The notes under the pieces: model-generated
Told to the model about the DNA's origin: nothing
Seen by the model: the letters and a program-made list of their open reading frames with translations, nothing else
The model's database searches: none
Made by a program: the position numbers and the translations under genes
NCBI RefSeq assembly: GCF_937915125.1
Contig: NZ_CALDMP010000076.1
Coordinates: 3,529-67,528, forward strand
Source of the DNA: an uncultured Ruminococcus sp.
Lineage (GTDB): Bacteria; Bacillota; Clostridia; Oscillospirales; Ruminococcaceae
DNA length: 64,000 nucleotides
Direction of reading: 5' to 3'
In this document: positions 30,071 to 38,956 of the stretch, piece after piece
How the letters are laid out: every line of letters begins with the position of its first letter
Numbering within the stretch: the first letter of the stretch is position 1

Positions 30071-31980
30071 GTCATGGACCAAAAGGACCCCAGGGACCGC
30101 CGAAAGGCGTTATGGTGCCGGGAGCCGCAAAGGGCGTCGGCAAGAGTATGCTCCGACTGCTCTCCTATATGAAACGCTATTGGATCCAGATGATTCTGGT
30201 TCTGATCTGTATCCTGATCAGCGCCGTGGCAGGTGTTGCCGGATCGCTGTTTCTGGAAACCCTGATTGATGATTATATCTCCCCCATGCTCCTCAGCGGC
30301 AGCCGGGACTTTTCCGGACTTGCCATGGCGCTGGTGAAAATGGGTATTGTCTATGCTGCCGGCATCGTGGGGACGCTCATGTATAACCGTCTCATGGTAG
30401 TCGTTGCCCAAGGCATTCTGAAAACCATCCGTGACGAAATGTTCACTCACATGCAGACCCTGCCCATCCGCTATTTTGACACCCATTCCAGCGGTGATGT
30501 CATGAGTCTGTACACCAACGATACCGATACCCTGCGGCAGATGCTGGCGCAGAGTGTGCCCCAGATCTTTGCATCCATTGTCACTGTTGTGGCAGTGTTC
30601 TGTGCGATGGTGAAGCTGAGCATCTGGCTGACATTGTTTGTGGTGGCATTCGTAGTGGTCATGATGCTGGTGACAAAGATCGTGGGCGGCAAAAGCGGAC
30701 GATATTTCGTGAAGCAGCAGCAGTCCATCGGTGCAGTCAACGGCTATATTGAAGAAATGATCCACGGGCAGAAGGTCATTAAGGTATTCTGCCACGAGGA
30801 ACAGACAAAAGAAGATTTCGACAAGTATAATGAGGAACTTTTCGGGAATGCTGCCAGGGCAAACAGTTTCGCCAACATCCTCATGCCCATCATGAACAAT
30901 CTGGGACATTTGCAGTATGTACTCATTGCCATGCTGGGCGGTGCTCTGGCATTCCATGGGGTAGGCGGTCTGACTCTGGGCGTTATCGCCGCATTTCTCC
31001 AGTTGAGCAAAAGCTTCACCCAGCCCATTACCCAGATCTCCCAGCAGGCAAGTGCAATTGTCATGGCACTTGCCGGTGCCGGCCGTATTTTCGACTTGCT
31101 GGACGAAGAACCGGAGACAGACGAGGGCTATGTGACGCTGGTCAATGCTGAAGAACAGGACGGGCAGCTGGTGGAAGTACCCCACCGCACCGGACTGTGG
31201 GCATGGAAGCATCCCCACGGCGATGGCACTGTGACATATACCAGAATGCAGGGAGATGTGCAGTTCTTCGATGTGGACTTCGGCTATGTGCCGGAGAAGA
31301 TCGTACTGCATGACGTGAGCCTCTATGCAAAGCCCGGCGAAAAGGTTGCCTTTGTCGGTGCGACCGGTGCCGGAAAGACTACCATTACCAATCTGATCAA
31401 CCGCTTTTATGACCTGGCAGACGGCAAGATCCGCTATGACGGCATCAACATCAACAAGATCAAAAAGCCCGATCTGCGGCGTTCCCTGGGCATTGTATTG
31501 CAGGACGTCAACCTGTTTACGGGAACTGTCATGGAGAATATCCGCTACGGCAGACTGGATGCCACAGATGAAGAGTGTATTGCAGCGGCGAAGCGTGCCA
31601 ATGCCCATAATTTCATCATGCTGCTGCCGGATGGTTATAATACCGTACTATCCGGGGACGGTTCCGGTCTGTCCCAGGGACAGCGGCAGCTGCTCTCCAT
31701 TGCACGTGCTGCCGTTGCCGATCCGCCGGTCATGATTCTGGACGAGGCGACCTCCTCCATCGACACCAGAACAGAACGAATCGTGCAGGCAGGTATGGAT
31801 GCACTCATGCACGGCAGAACTGTCTTTGTCATTGCTCACCGTCTGTCCACCATCCAGAATTCTGACGTAATTATGGTTCTGGATCAGGGCAGGATCATTG
31901 AGCGGGGCAATCACGAATCCCTTATGGCGAAAAAAGGACGATATTATCTGTTGTATACAGGAATGCAGCAGAATGTATGA
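30067..31980 (+). CDS. ABC exporter TMD-NBD subunit (heterodimer, consensus catalytic residues)
   Basis: GATGAGKT, LSQGQRQ, LDEATSS, AHRLST. Confidence 0.92.
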   Translation: MSHGPKGPQGPPKGVMVPGAAKGVGKSMLRLLSYMKRYWIQMILVLICILISAVAGVAGSLFLETLIDDYISPMLLSGSRDFSGLAMALVKMGIVYAAGIVGTLMYNRLMVVVAQGILKTIRDEMFTHMQTLPIRYFDTHSSGDVMSLYTNDTDTLRQMLAQSVPQIFASIVTVVAVFCAMVKLSIWLTLFVVAFVVVMMLVTKIVGGKSGRYFVKQQQSIGAVNGYIEEMIHGQKVIKVFCHEEQTKEDFDKYNEELFGNAARANSFANILMPIMNNLGHLQYVLIAMLGGALAFHGVGGLTLGVIAAFLQLSKSFTQPITQISQQASAIVMALAGAGRIFDLLDEEPETDEGYVTLVNAEEQDGQLVEVPHRTGLWAWKHPHGDGTVTYTRMQGDVQFFDVDFGYVPEKIVLHDVSLYAKPGEKVAFVGATGAGKTTITNLINRFYDLADGKIRYDGININKIKKPDLRRSLGIVLQDVNLFTGTVMENIRYGRLDATDEECIAAAKRANAHNFIMLLPDGYNTVLSGDGSGLSQGQRQLLSIARAAVADPPVMILDEATSSIDTRTERIVQAGMDALMHGRTVFVIAHRLSTIQNSDVIMVLDQGRIIERGNHESLMAKKGRYYLLYTGMQQNV

Positions 31981-32062
31981 ATGAGGAATGACGGTGTTCG
32001 CTGCGCTCACGACTTTCCAGACAACACCGCAGGAGATGCCTTCATTCCAAATCCCTCATTCC
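31980..32062. repeat. Palindromic element family D
   Basis: AATGAGGAATGACGGT...CATTCC..CTCATTCC; related to 48979-49069 and 63786-63888. Confidence 0.55.
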
Positions 32063-32101
32063 TAAGGAATCACTGATTCACAAGAAAAGGAGGAGTCTGA
32101 C

Positions 32102-32695
32102 TTGAATGTATATCGCTGTTATCTTCCGCCCCGTTCCCGACTACCCCAGGCTGCCGGAGTATGTGCTTCGCTGCTCTGTCTGAACACCATATATACGCTG
32201 CTCTCCATGCCCCACTATATGCAATACTGGGACTATTGGGCAACCTTTGGCGCAAGTCTCCTGCTGACAGGCATCTGCTTTGTTCTGGTGCGCCAGAGGA
32301 CGGAATTGATCCTGTTTCCCACGGGCATACTGGCGCTGATCGGATGCTTTGCACCGAATCTGATGCACTGGATGGAAGTGGCGCTGTTTTTCCTGCTGCT
32401 TCTGCTGTTGGTGCTGCGAATGCCACCCATTATGGTGTATGTATTCCGCATTGCCGGGACATGCTTCGCCGGCATCGGCATACTGGGGGTACTTGTCCCC
32501 ATGTTCCAGCGTATCGGCAGACTTGCTGAGACAGGACGTGCCACGGCGGATTTCATCGTGCCCTATGTGATCCGCAGCCTTGGAGGAGACGTGCTCTGTC
32601 TGCTCGCCATGCTGCTGCTGATCTTCGCCATGCGTCCTTATGCCCTGCCGGGCTGGATGGATGAAAACGACCGGTATGACCGGATCTGGGAGTAA
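32102..32695 (+). CDS. Hypothetical multi-pass membrane protein
   Basis: AAGGAGGAG RBS before TTG; about six hydrophobic segments; fills the intergenic gap. Confidence 0.65.
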   Translation: MNVYRCYLPPRSRLPQAAGVCASLLCLNTIYTLLSMPHYMQYWDYWATFGASLLLTGICFVLVRQRTELILFPTGILALIGCFAPNLMHWMEVALFFLLLLLLVLRMPPIMVYVFRIAGTCFAGIGILGVLVPMFQRIGRLAETGRATADFIVPYVIRSLGGDVLCLLAMLLLIFAMRPYALPGWMDENDRYDRIWE

Positions 32696-32708
32696 CAGGC
32701 TAATAAAA

Positions 32709-32873
32709 GGGCATCTCTAAAAACCCCGAATCCGTCAGATGTGGTGCAGATTTGCGACAGATTCCCTTTCGAAAAAACGCAGGAATACTCGATGTATTTC
32801 AAGTTTTTTCGAAAGGGAAGATGGCGTAAAGATGCGCCGCAGATGACGGGTAAGCGGGTTTTTAGAGGTGACC
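32709..32873 (+). mobile_element. MITE family B, copy 2 (165 bp)
   Basis: Same TIRs as 27594 copy; 4-bp direct repeat AAAA. Confidence 0.88.
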
Positions 32874-32878
32874 AAAAC

Positions 32879-32928
32879 AAAATCCCCGGAAGGACTGCAT
32901 TTTCCGCTGTTCTTCCGGGGATTTTTTG
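32879..32928. terminator. Bidirectional terminator
   Basis: AAAATCCCCGGAAG...CTTCCGGGGATTTTTT between convergent genes. Confidence 0.7.
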
Positions 32929-32964
32929 TTTAAGGGGTGTTGCCTTTAAAATATGTATCGCATT

Positions 32965-34401
32965 TTACTGCGGCATTCGCAAAATTGCCGACAAGATCCG
33001 CAGAATCTTTGCGCCGTAGTCAGCACCTGCCGCCCAGCCTTTTCCATAGGGATTTTCCTGAATACCCAGCCATTCCACATAGGGTGCACAACCCCGCTGT
33101 ACATATCGGAATCGGGTGTCAATACAAGCCTGCACCAGGTCTCCCGTATCCGCATAAGCTTTCAGATGCTGTATCTGCGCACGGATGCCCAGCTGAGGTG
33201 TAGCAAAGGAATTCCCCTTCATGCCGCAGCTTGTAACGCCCATGCCACAGAAGTTGTTCTGATCCAATGTCACCGCCGAGCCCTTGAAAGTGAAGTTGCC
33301 CGTTTCCAGAAGAGACTGGGCAAAAGCCACATCACCCCGGACACCTTCTACTTCACCCTCGCTGAGGTAATAGGGGATCATATCCAGAACGCTCTGGGGC
33401 ACGTCCGGGTTCACGGATTTCAGATAGGCGGTCATCTGCGCCACAGTTGCACCTGCAGTACCCATAATGGCGGTTTTTTCAATGGTCAGTGTCCCGTCAG
33501 CAGCTGCGTGATATTCCACGCCATCGACCAGAATGATGCCATTGCAGAGCATTGTGCCGTCCCCATAAAAATAGCAGCTTTTTCCGTCGATGGACTGTAT
33601 CCCGGAGACTGCCGTGCCGGTGTCCGGATCAAAATAATAGGTATCGCCCGACACCGTCTTCCAGCCGGTCTGCACACCGCCTTCTGGTGTTATATCATAC
33701 AAGCTTCCCTGGATCCAACACAGTCCCGTGAGACTATTTCCGGTTCCGGGGTCAAAATAATAGGTATGGCAGCCGATCTCCGTCCACCCGATGACCTGCA
33801 CTCCGTCCGTTCCAAACTGATACCATATGCCGTCGATCTGCACATCACCTACAGCTGCTGCACCGGTTTCATCGGAATAATAACGGCAGCCGTTTTCATC
33901 CGTAAAGAACCCCAGCCGCAGTGCGCCGCAGTCGTCCAGCAGGAACAGGGTGTCTGCCTCTGTTTCCTCTCCCTGGAGAGTCACAAGCCCCCTCTGGGTG
34001 CCCGTAAGCTTTCCGGCATCTGCATCAACATAATAGTACCCGTCGCCATAGTGGATCCAGCCTGTCCGGGCAGTTCCCGTCTCCGGCTCATAGTACCGCC
34101 GCACACCTCCCACAGTCTGCCATCCCGTGCGAAGCGTGCCGTCCGGCGCAAAGAGATATGTCTCGCCGTCGATCACAGCTTCTCCTGTGACAAGATTGCC
34201 TGCTGCATCATAATAGACTAGCGCACCGGCACTGTTGGTGACCCAAGCATCGGGCACCGTCTCCACCGGTTCCAGGTCTTTGGTCGCCGTGGCAATCAGA
34301 GGCGTTTCTATGACAGTTTCCTCTGCTGCGGCAGTCATTCCGCCCAAACAAAGCGCTGCGCCGGCTGCGGCAGCGAAGAATAACATACGAAAAGGCTTCA
34401 A
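32965..34401 (-). CDS. Secreted glucosaminidase (GH73-like) autolysin with cell-wall/choline-binding-type repeats
   Basis: Signal peptide after GGGAGG+TTG; many TGW..I.G..YYF repeats; C-terminal AFAQS.LETG, QNNFCG.G, G.RAQIQHLKAYA, WA....YG. Confidence 0.85.
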   Translation of the reverse strand: MKPFRMLFFAAAAGAALCLGGMTAAAEETVIETPLIATATKDLEPVETVPDAWVTNSAGALVYYDAAGNLVTGEAVIDGETYLFAPDGTLRTGWQTVGGVRRYYEPETGTARTGWIHYGDGYYYVDADAGKLTGTQRGLVTLQGEETEADTLFLLDDCGALRLGFFTDENGCRYYSDETGAAAVGDVQIDGIWYQFGTDGVQVIGWTEIGCHTYYFDPGTGNSLTGLCWIQGSLYDITPEGGVQTGWKTVSGDTYYFDPDTGTAVSGIQSIDGKSCYFYGDGTMLCNGIILVDGVEYHAAADGTLTIEKTAIMGTAGATVAQMTAYLKSVNPDVPQSVLDMIPYYLSEGEVEGVRGDVAFAQSLLETGNFTFKGSAVTLDQNNFCGMGVTSCGMKGNSFATPQLGIRAQIQHLKAYADTGDLVQACIDTRFRYVQRGCAPYVEWLGIQENPYGKGWAAGADYGAKILRILSAILRMPQ

Positions 34402-34643
34402 GTCGATTCCTCCCAGGATCTTTGATTTTACACTGCGGCTGCCTGAAATAGGCACCGTCTGTGCACATCCACCTTTTATTTTACCATATTTTATTGAAGA
34501 AGTCAATCTCTTTTGTGAAATCTGTTAAAATCCCAAAAACCTACCCATGACAGGAAACGTGCTTTTTCGTCATTTTGCAAGAATTTTCAAAGAAAATATG
34601 ACGTTTTTTCGGGAACAATAAGAAAAAAATAACACCAATTTCG

Positions 34644-34672
34644 TTGACAATCCGACAAAAATCGGCTATAAT
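34644..34672 (+). promoter_or_regulatory. Consensus sigma-A promoter
   Basis: TTGACA-17 bp-TATAAT upstream of the HD-domain gene. Confidence 0.75.
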
Positions 34673-34713
34673 GTAGACAATACAAGCTTCCAAGAGGCGG
34701 CAGGAGGAATTAC

Positions 34714-35214
34714 ATGTCTTTCAAAAAAGCGAAGCAGCCGGAAAAGGTACAGGAACATTTGTCTGCCTATCTATCAGACCGTGCCGTTTGTTCCATGGAT
34801 GAATTCATCCAGCACGGCACCACTACCACTTTAGAGCACTGCCTTTCCGTGGTTTCTGCAAGCTGCGCCATTGCAAAAAAGCTGCATCTGCGTGTCAACT
34901 ATGAAAACCTGACCTTGGGCGCACTGCTACACGACTTTTATTTATATGACTGGCACACCCATCAGGACGAGGGTGCGCTCCATGGCTTTGCCCATCCCCA
35001 CATTGCCTGTCGGAATGCGGCAGCACGCTTTCACATCAGCCCGGAAGTTCAGCATATTATCCGCACCCATATGTGGCCCCTGACACTGCGGTTTGTACCG
35101 CGTTCCCGGGAGGCAGTCATCGTCTGCCTTGCGGACAAGTATTGCTCCACAGTAGAGACCGTCTCCGGCTTCTGGCATCATGCCAGAGCACTTGGACAAA
35201 AAAGGAGGGTGTAA
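34714..35214 (+). CDS. HD-domain phosphohydrolase
   Basis: QHG.T...H, ALLHDFYLYDWH, HGF.HP, HMWPL, ADKYC. Confidence 0.88.
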   Translation: MSFKKAKQPEKVQEHLSAYLSDRAVCSMDEFIQHGTTTTLEHCLSVVSASCAIAKKLHLRVNYENLTLGALLHDFYLYDWHTHQDEGALHGFAHPHIACRNAAARFHISPEVQHIIRTHMWPLTLRFVPRSREAVIVCLADKYCSTVETVSGFWHHARALGQKRRV

Positions 35215-35218
35215 TTAT

Positions 35219-35809
35219 ATGGTATCGAGCCTGGCAGATTATGTTCTGCTCTTTTTTACATATTCCACACTGGGTTGGTGCATGGAGACCCTGTACATGG
35301 GTGTCCGGGAGCGCCGCATCACAAACCGCGGCTTTCTGCTGGGACCCTGCTGTCCCATCTACGGCATCGGTCTCGTGGGAATCACCATGCTGTTCCAGGA
35401 CACAAGACATGGCTTCTGGTATGTCTTTGTTTCGATTATTCTCCTTTGCAGCGTGCTGGAATACACCGTCAGCGTGCTCATGGAACGGCTGTTCCACACC
35501 CGCTGGTGGGATTATCACGATATGAAATTCAATCTCCACGGCAGAATCTGCCTGGAAACCATGCTGCCCTTTGGTATACTGGGGACATTCGCATTATATC
35601 AGATCAACCCTTTCCTCATGGCAGTCTTTCACCGGATCCCAACGGGGATCTCCAATAAGTTCCTGACCGGTATCGTTCTGCTGGCACTGGTTGACCTGGT
35701 GGTGTCCGTGCGGACGCTGCTTCTCATCTCCCTGCCGGAAGGCGAAGCAGATCATACGGCAGAAATTTCCCGCCGTGTCCGGGAAGAACTAGGAAAGCGG
35801 TTTGGATAA
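35219..35809 (+). CDS. Putative ABC-transporter permease-like membrane protein (CmpB/DUF1113-type)
   Basis: YS.LGW..E, NRGFL.GP.CPIYG.G, EY...ME..F..RWWDY...FN..GRICL. Confidence 0.85.
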   Translation: MVSSLADYVLLFFTYSTLGWCMETLYMGVRERRITNRGFLLGPCCPIYGIGLVGITMLFQDTRHGFWYVFVSIILLCSVLEYTVSVLMERLFHTRWWDYHDMKFNLHGRICLETMLPFGILGTFALYQINPFLMAVFHRIPTGISNKFLTGIVLLALVDLVVSVRTLLLISLPEGEADHTAEISRRVREELGKRFG

Positions 35810-35831
35810 TACAGGCACAAATTTTGTCTAA

Positions 35832-36003
35832 GGCAACACCGCACAAAGAGCGCCTGGCGGCTTTGCACGTCATATGCTTGCATATTTTTCGTCATATTTT
35901 ACAAAAATGCTCGTGAATACACAAAGTATTCACTGCGCTTTTTGTTTCATCTGACGAAAAATCTGACGGCGCATCTGACGCACAATCTTTGTGCGGTATT
36001 GCC
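35832..36003 (-). mobile_element. MITE family A, copy 2 (172 bp, inverted)
   Basis: Reverse complement of 25439-25610; 4-bp direct repeat CTAA. Confidence 0.88.
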
Positions 36004-36086
36004 CTAAAACTTTTTCGTGCATTCTGCATCATTTCAGCAGAATGCACTTTTTTTGTGACAGCTCCATGAAAACAGCAGGAAAGCCG

Positions 36087-36142
36087 TTGACAATAAAAAT
36101 AACATACGTTATAATAAAACAACGTTATTTGATAACGTTGTT
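36087..36142 (+). promoter_or_regulatory. Promoter and MarR operator of marR-ABC-ABC module 2
   Basis: TTGACA-17 bp-TATAAT followed by perfect IR AACAACGTTAT-ttg-ATAACGTTGTT (36118-36142). Confidence 0.8.
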
Positions 36143-36162
36143 ATAGAATTGGGAAAGAGGGT

Positions 36163-36630
36163 GTGAAAATGGCAGATCCGTTAGAAACCTTTCTGTCCAT
36201 TACAAACCGGTTCCACAACCTGAATGTATTTACACTGCTGCCCCTGGCACGGCACGATTATATGGTGTTGTTCACCATACGCTGCCTGCAAAAGAAATAC
36301 AGCGGCGGTCTCACTGTCTCTGCGGTGGCAAAGGAAATGCATGTGGTACAGCCGGCAGTATCACGGACGCTGCGCAGTCTGGAAGAGCTAGGGCTCATCC
36401 GGCGGGATGTGAGCCGGGAAGACCGGCGCAATACTTATGTGACGCTGACCCAGAAAGGACAGCTGACCATCGAAGAAGCAGACCGTGTACTGGAACAGTT
36501 CCACCAGGGGATCCGGGCGCAGTTCGCGCCGGAAGAAATGAAACAACTGATCCTGCTGATGGAACGGCTATATGAATCAGCTGAAATACAGCTGGAAACG
36601 ATGAAGAAAGGAGCAGAAACGAATGGGTAA
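36163..36630 (+). CDS. MarR family transcriptional regulator
   Basis: VS.VA..M.V.QPAVSRTL..LEE.GLI.R....EDRR...V.LT.KG. Confidence 0.9.
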   Translation: MKMADPLETFLSITNRFHNLNVFTLLPLARHDYMVLFTIRCLQKKYSGGLTVSAVAKEMHVVQPAVSRTLRSLEELGLIRRDVSREDRRNTYVTLTQKGQLTIEEADRVLEQFHQGIRAQFAPEEMKQLILLMERLYESAEIQLETMKKGAETNG

Positions 36631-38956
36631 ACTTTTCAAAAACCTGAAGCCTTACTGGAAATCTGTACTGCTGATCCTGGTACTGCTGATCGTGCAGGCA
36701 TTTTGTGACCTGTCCCTGCCGCAGTACACCTCGAACATTATCGATGTGGGGATCCAGAACAGCGGCGTGGAACAACTTCTGCCGGAAAAAATGACGCTGA
36801 CAGAATATGAAACAGCGCAGATCTTCATGACAGAAGAGGAACAAGCACAATGGCAGGACGCATATGAGATACAGGGTGAATTCTGCGATCAGAAATCCCT
36901 GAAAAAAGATACCCTGGACGAACTGGACGAGGAACTGATGATCCCCATCCTGCTCAACTATGAGATGTCTATGGTAGATGAGGCAAGTTTCCGGGAGATC
37001 GTGACACAGCAGAGCGACCCTGCTGCCGCAGAACAGATGGCGCAGATGAGCATCGAGGAGATCGGTGCATCGATGGGCGTGGAACTGAAGCCTTTCATCC
37101 GGACGGAAGAGGATGAGGACGGCAACGAAACTGAAGTCACCTGTGTGGATGTCCGTCCCCTGTTTCTTGCCATGGAGGAAAGCGGTCAGATGAATGACGC
37201 TGTTCTGGACGACATGCGCACCCAGCTGAAAGATATGCTGGACACCATGGGCAGCTCACTGGTGGAATCCATGGGCATTGCCTATGCCGTGCAGTGTGAC
37301 AAGGATGCCGGACTGGACACAGATCACATCCAGAAAACCTATCTGTGGTTCTCCGGCGGCAAAATGCTGCTCATGGCACTGGTTATGATGGCAACTGCCA
37401 TCGGCATCAGCTATCTGGCATCCCGTGTGGGCGCAGGCGTTGGCCGTGATCTGAGAGTGAAGGTATTCTCCAAGGTCATGCACTTCTCCGGTGCCGAAAT
37501 GGATCAGTTCTCCACGGCTTCTCTGATCACCAGAAGCACCAACGATATTCAGCAGGTGCAGATGGTCACAGCCATTTTCCTGCGGATGCTCTTGTATGCT
37601 CCGATACTGGGCATCGGCGGCGTCATCAAGGTCGTGAACACCGGCGCAGGCATGGGCTGGGTCATTGTCCTTGCCGTGCTTGTCATTCTGGGTATCGTGG
37701 GCGTGCTCATGTCCATTGCTATGCCGAAATTCAAGAAAATGCAGGTACTGGTAGACCGGGTGAACCTGGTTTCCCGTGAGATTCTGACGGGACTGCCTGT
37801 CATCCGTGCCTTCTGCCGGGAAAAGACGGAGGAAGAACGCTTCGACCAGGCGAACCGCAATCTGACCAAGACAAACCTCTTTGTCAACCGGGTCATGACC
37901 TTTATGATGCCGGTAATGATGATGATCATGTATGGTCTGAGCATTCTCATTGTATGGGTCGGTGCACACCGTATCGACGGCGGTGTCATGCAGGTGGGTT
38001 CCATGACAGCATTCATCACCTATTCCATGATGATTGTCATGGCATTCCTGATGCTGACTATGATGTCCGTCATGCTGCCCCGTGCTTCTGTTGCTGCCGG
38101 ACGAATTGACGAGGTTTTGCAGACGGAAACTTCCATCCAGGAAGCAGAACAGCCGCAGAAACCGGAATCGGTACACGGTGTGCTGCGGTTCGACCATGTG
38201 CATTTCCGCTATCCCAATGCCGAGGAAGATGCGCTGACCGATCTGGACTTCACCGCAGAGCCGGGTAAGACCACTGCCATTATCGGCAGTACCGGCTGCG
38301 GCAAATCCACGCTGGTGAATTTGATCCCCCGTCTGTACGACGTGACCGAGGGCAGCATCAGCCTGGACGGCATAGACATTCGGCAGATGGAACTGGAGGA
38401 ACTGCGGCGGCAGATCGGTTTTGTGCCCCAGAAGGGTGTGCTGTTCTCCGGCACTATCGCCAGCAACCTGCGCTTTGGATGTCCTGATGCGTCAGACGCA
38501 GACATCCGGGAGGCGGCTGAAATTGCACAGGCGGCTGACTTTATTGAAGAAAAGCCGGACAAATATGACAGCGCCATTTCACAGGGCGGTACCAATGTTT
38601 CCGGTGGTCAGAAACAGCGTCTGACCATTGCCCGTGCCATTGCAAAACAGCCGAAGGTATTCGTCTTTGACGATAGCTTCTCGGCACTGGATCTGAAAAC
38701 CGATGCGGCACTGCGAAAAGCTCTGGCGTCCCAGGTACGGGACAGCACGGTCATCATTGTGGCACAGCGTATCAGCACCATTCTCCACGCAGACCAGATT
38801 CTGGTGTTGGAGGAAGGAAAGATCGTGGGAAAGGGTACCCACGAGGAACTGCTGCACAGCTGTGAAGTTTATCAGCAGATTGCAAAATCCCAGCTTTCCG
38901 CAGAGGAACTGGGCTTAGAGGCATCCGGGGAAGGAGTGACAACACATGGCGAATGA
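36623..38956 (+). CDS. ABC exporter TMD-NBD subunit with large extracytoplasmic insert (degenerate site)
   Basis: GSTGCGKS, SGGQKQR, FDDSFSA, AQR; about 200-aa hydrophilic loop after TM1. Confidence 0.92.
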   Translation: MGKLFKNLKPYWKSVLLILVLLIVQAFCDLSLPQYTSNIIDVGIQNSGVEQLLPEKMTLTEYETAQIFMTEEEQAQWQDAYEIQGEFCDQKSLKKDTLDELDEELMIPILLNYEMSMVDEASFREIVTQQSDPAAAEQMAQMSIEEIGASMGVELKPFIRTEEDEDGNETEVTCVDVRPLFLAMEESGQMNDAVLDDMRTQLKDMLDTMGSSLVESMGIAYAVQCDKDAGLDTDHIQKTYLWFSGGKMLLMALVMMATAIGISYLASRVGAGVGRDLRVKVFSKVMHFSGAEMDQFSTASLITRSTNDIQQVQMVTAIFLRMLLYAPILGIGGVIKVVNTGAGMGWVIVLAVLVILGIVGVLMSIAMPKFKKMQVLVDRVNLVSREILTGLPVIRAFCREKTEEERFDQANRNLTKTNLFVNRVMTFMMPVMMMIMYGLSILIVWVGAHRIDGGVMQVGSMTAFITYSMMIVMAFLMLTMMSVMLPRASVAAGRIDEVLQTETSIQEAEQPQKPESVHGVLRFDHVHFRYPNAEEDALTDLDFTAEPGKTTAIIGSTGCGKSTLVNLIPRLYDVTEGSISLDGIDIRQMELEELRRQIGFVPQKGVLFSGTIASNLRFGCPDASDADIREAAEIAQAADFIEEKPDKYDSAISQGGTNVSGGQKQRLTIARAIAKQPKVFVFDDSFSALDLKTDAALRKALASQVRDSTVIIVAQRISTILHADQILVLEEGKIVGKGTHEELLHSCEVYQQIAKSQLSAEELGLEASGEGVTTHGE

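Noticed and set aside
27594..32873. Composite transposon origin of the marR-ABC module
   Set aside because: Each MITE B copy has its own 4-bp duplication (ATAA vs AAAA) and the outer flanks do not match, so these are independent insertions
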